Source: Candidatus Dadabacteria bacterium
GTDB taxonomy: Bacteria; Desulfobacterota_D; UBA1144; Nemesobacterales; CSP1-2
Direction: 5' to 3'
Assembly (NCBI GenBank): GCA_040289575.1
Contig: PSLL01000020.1
Coordinates: 17,932-33,244 of the forward strand
DNA length: 15,313 bases
In this document: positions 14,158 through 15,313 of the stretch, in pieces
Layout: each line of letters begins with the position of its first letter
How positions within the stretch are numbered: the stretch's first letter is position 1
Notes under the pieces: generated by a model
Database searches by the model: none
What the model was told of the DNA's origin: nothing
The model's input: only the letters and a program-made list of their open reading frames with translations
Position numbers and translations under genes: made by a program

Positions 14158-14922
14158 ATGAAGCTCAAAAATAAAGTGGCGCTTATCACGGGTGGAAGTC
14201 TGGGTATTGGAAAAGCAACCGCTTTTCTTTTTGCAAAGGAAGGAGCGAAGGTCATAATCACTGGGCGCACAGAGAAAACCCTAAAGCAGGCAGTGGAAGA
14301 GGCAGGGAAAGAGGGTCTTAAAATTGACTACCTTGTAAGCAATGTTGCAAAAGAAGAAGACTGCAAAGCCGCTGTCGACTACGCAATCAACAAATACGGT
14401 CGTATTGACATACTCTTTAATAATGCTGGTGTCCTTCCTTTAGGTGTAACACACGAAACCCCAACAGAGGACTGGGATAATGTGTTTAATATAAATGTAA
14501 GAGGGACCTATCTCATGTCTAAATATACAATTCCGCATATGCTCAAGCAGGGCAAGGGCTGTATTGTAAATAATTCCTCCGTACTTGGACTAAAAGCAAT
14601 TCCGGGGGCTGCTGCATACAACGCCTCAAAAGGGGCTGTAACACAGCTTACAAGAAGCATGGCCCTTGAATACGCGGACAAAGGGATACGCGTAAATGGA
14701 ATATGCCCCGGAACAATTGTAACTCCGATGGTAGAGAGCTTCCTCAATGAGGTACCATCCACCGAGGAATTCCTAAAATCCCTGCAACCGATCTATCAAT
14801 CACTCGGGCGTTTTGGAAAGCCGGAGGAAATCGCCCACGCCGTTTTATTCTTATGCGATGATGATGTGGCGTTTATGACGGGTACCATGCTCTCCGTAGA
14901 CGGCGGCTGGATTGCAAGGTAA
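14158..14922 (+). CDS. Classical short-chain dehydrogenase/reductase (SDR)
   Basis: TGGSLGIG nucleotide-binding motif, NNAG, catalytic S and YNASK, VNGICPG, VDGG. Confidence 0.95.
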   Translation: MKLKNKVALITGGSLGIGKATAFLFAKEGAKVIITGRTEKTLKQAVEEAGKEGLKIDYLVSNVAKEEDCKAAVDYAINKYGRIDILFNNAGVLPLGVTHETPTEDWDNVFNINVRGTYLMSKYTIPHMLKQGKGCIVNNSSVLGLKAIPGAAAYNASKGAVTQLTRSMALEYADKGIRVNGICPGTIVTPMVESFLNEVPSTEEFLKSLQPIYQSLGRFGKPEEIAHAVLFLCDDDVAFMTGTMLSVDGGWIAR

Positions 14923-15100
14923 GAACCAAGACTCATAGGAATTAAAAATTCCCACTGGCCTTTCAGGTTTTTGGCTGGGGGTAGACATCCTCTATTGAAA
15001 GATGTATAAATTAAAACACCGTATAGGGGAGTTTTATACTTGCTTTGCTCTTGGGCAACCCGTCACGTTGTTCATACAATCTATCGCATGGAGGGAGATA

Positions 15101-15313
15101 ATGAGATTTTTTTTAATCGCCGTTTTCTTTTCATTTCTAACCTTTAGTTTTAGCCAAAGCGCCGAATCAGAGGAATATACCCTTACAGCAGCTCAAAAAC
15201 ACTTTGCAGCCATTATAAAAGGCCTTCCTGGCGTGACCAGCGTTGAATGGAGGTCACCTGTATCGTTCTGGGTAAAGGCATCATCAAAAGCCGTCGGTTC
15301 CCCGCCAAGGCCC
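15101..15313 (+). CDS. Partial secreted hypothetical protein (runs off window)
   Basis: GGAGGGAG SD before ATG 15101; MRFFLIAVFFSFLTFSFSQSAESEEYTLTAAQKHFAAIIKGLPGVTSVEWRSPVSFWVKASSKAVGSPPRP is open to the edge, with a Sec-type signal peptide. Confidence 0.75.
   Translation, partial: MRFFLIAVFFSFLTFSFSQSAESEEYTLTAAQKHFAAIIKGLPGVTSVEWRSPVSFWVKASSKAVGSPPRP

Noticed and set aside
724..14762. Numerous short ORFs in the track overlapping larger genes (e.g. 724-933, 2416-2712, 3738-4010, 6060-6353, 11483-11857, 11913-12218, 14508-14762)
   Set aside because: Antisense or alternate-frame shadows of well-supported genes, with no motifs or initiation signals.
14158..14922. Mycofactocin-coupled SDR or a RiPP link to the radical SAM gene
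   Set aside because: Classical SDR without the TGAARGQG motif or insertion. The radical SAM lacks a Cys-rich SPASM domain, and no mft genes are present.
1..15313. CRISPR array, tRNA, rRNA, transposase or integrase
   Set aside because: No regularly spaced repeat-spacer array, cloverleaf, rRNA-like sequence or recombinase ORF was seen.

Overview
A bacterial chromosomal window, mostly housekeeping and metabolic genes. In order: an AbrB/MazE-type antitoxin, an LLM-class oxidoreductase, a radical SAM protein, a hypothetical protein, a DDN-like (F420H2-dependent) reductase, an mntR-mntH(Nramp+USP) manganese operon, ddl, an EamA transporter, a BASS/PanS-like symporter, an AT-rich orphan ORF, lysA, a secreted HAF-like repeat protein, a DsbA/HCCA-isomerase-like protein, a SlyD/FkpB-type PPIase and an SDR. 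Reading the DNA directly adds features absent from the ORF track. (i) At the left edge is the N-terminus of a probable PatA/PatG-like S8 protease. A perfect TTGACA-17-TATAAT promoter lies upstream of it, with a transcript that could fold into a ~150-nt rod with alternative pairings and carries a 7-codon micro-ORF. (ii) The antitoxin lacks its toxin, with only a possible 6-codon stub. (iii) A probably leaderless 33-aa membrane protein. (iv) Three phased DtxR/MntR-type boxes. (v) Nested and GTAG-type REP-like palindromes. (vi) A partial secreted protein at the right edge. No rRNA, tRNA, CRISPR array or transposase was seen. All family calls come from motif recognition by eye; no database searches or folding programs were run.
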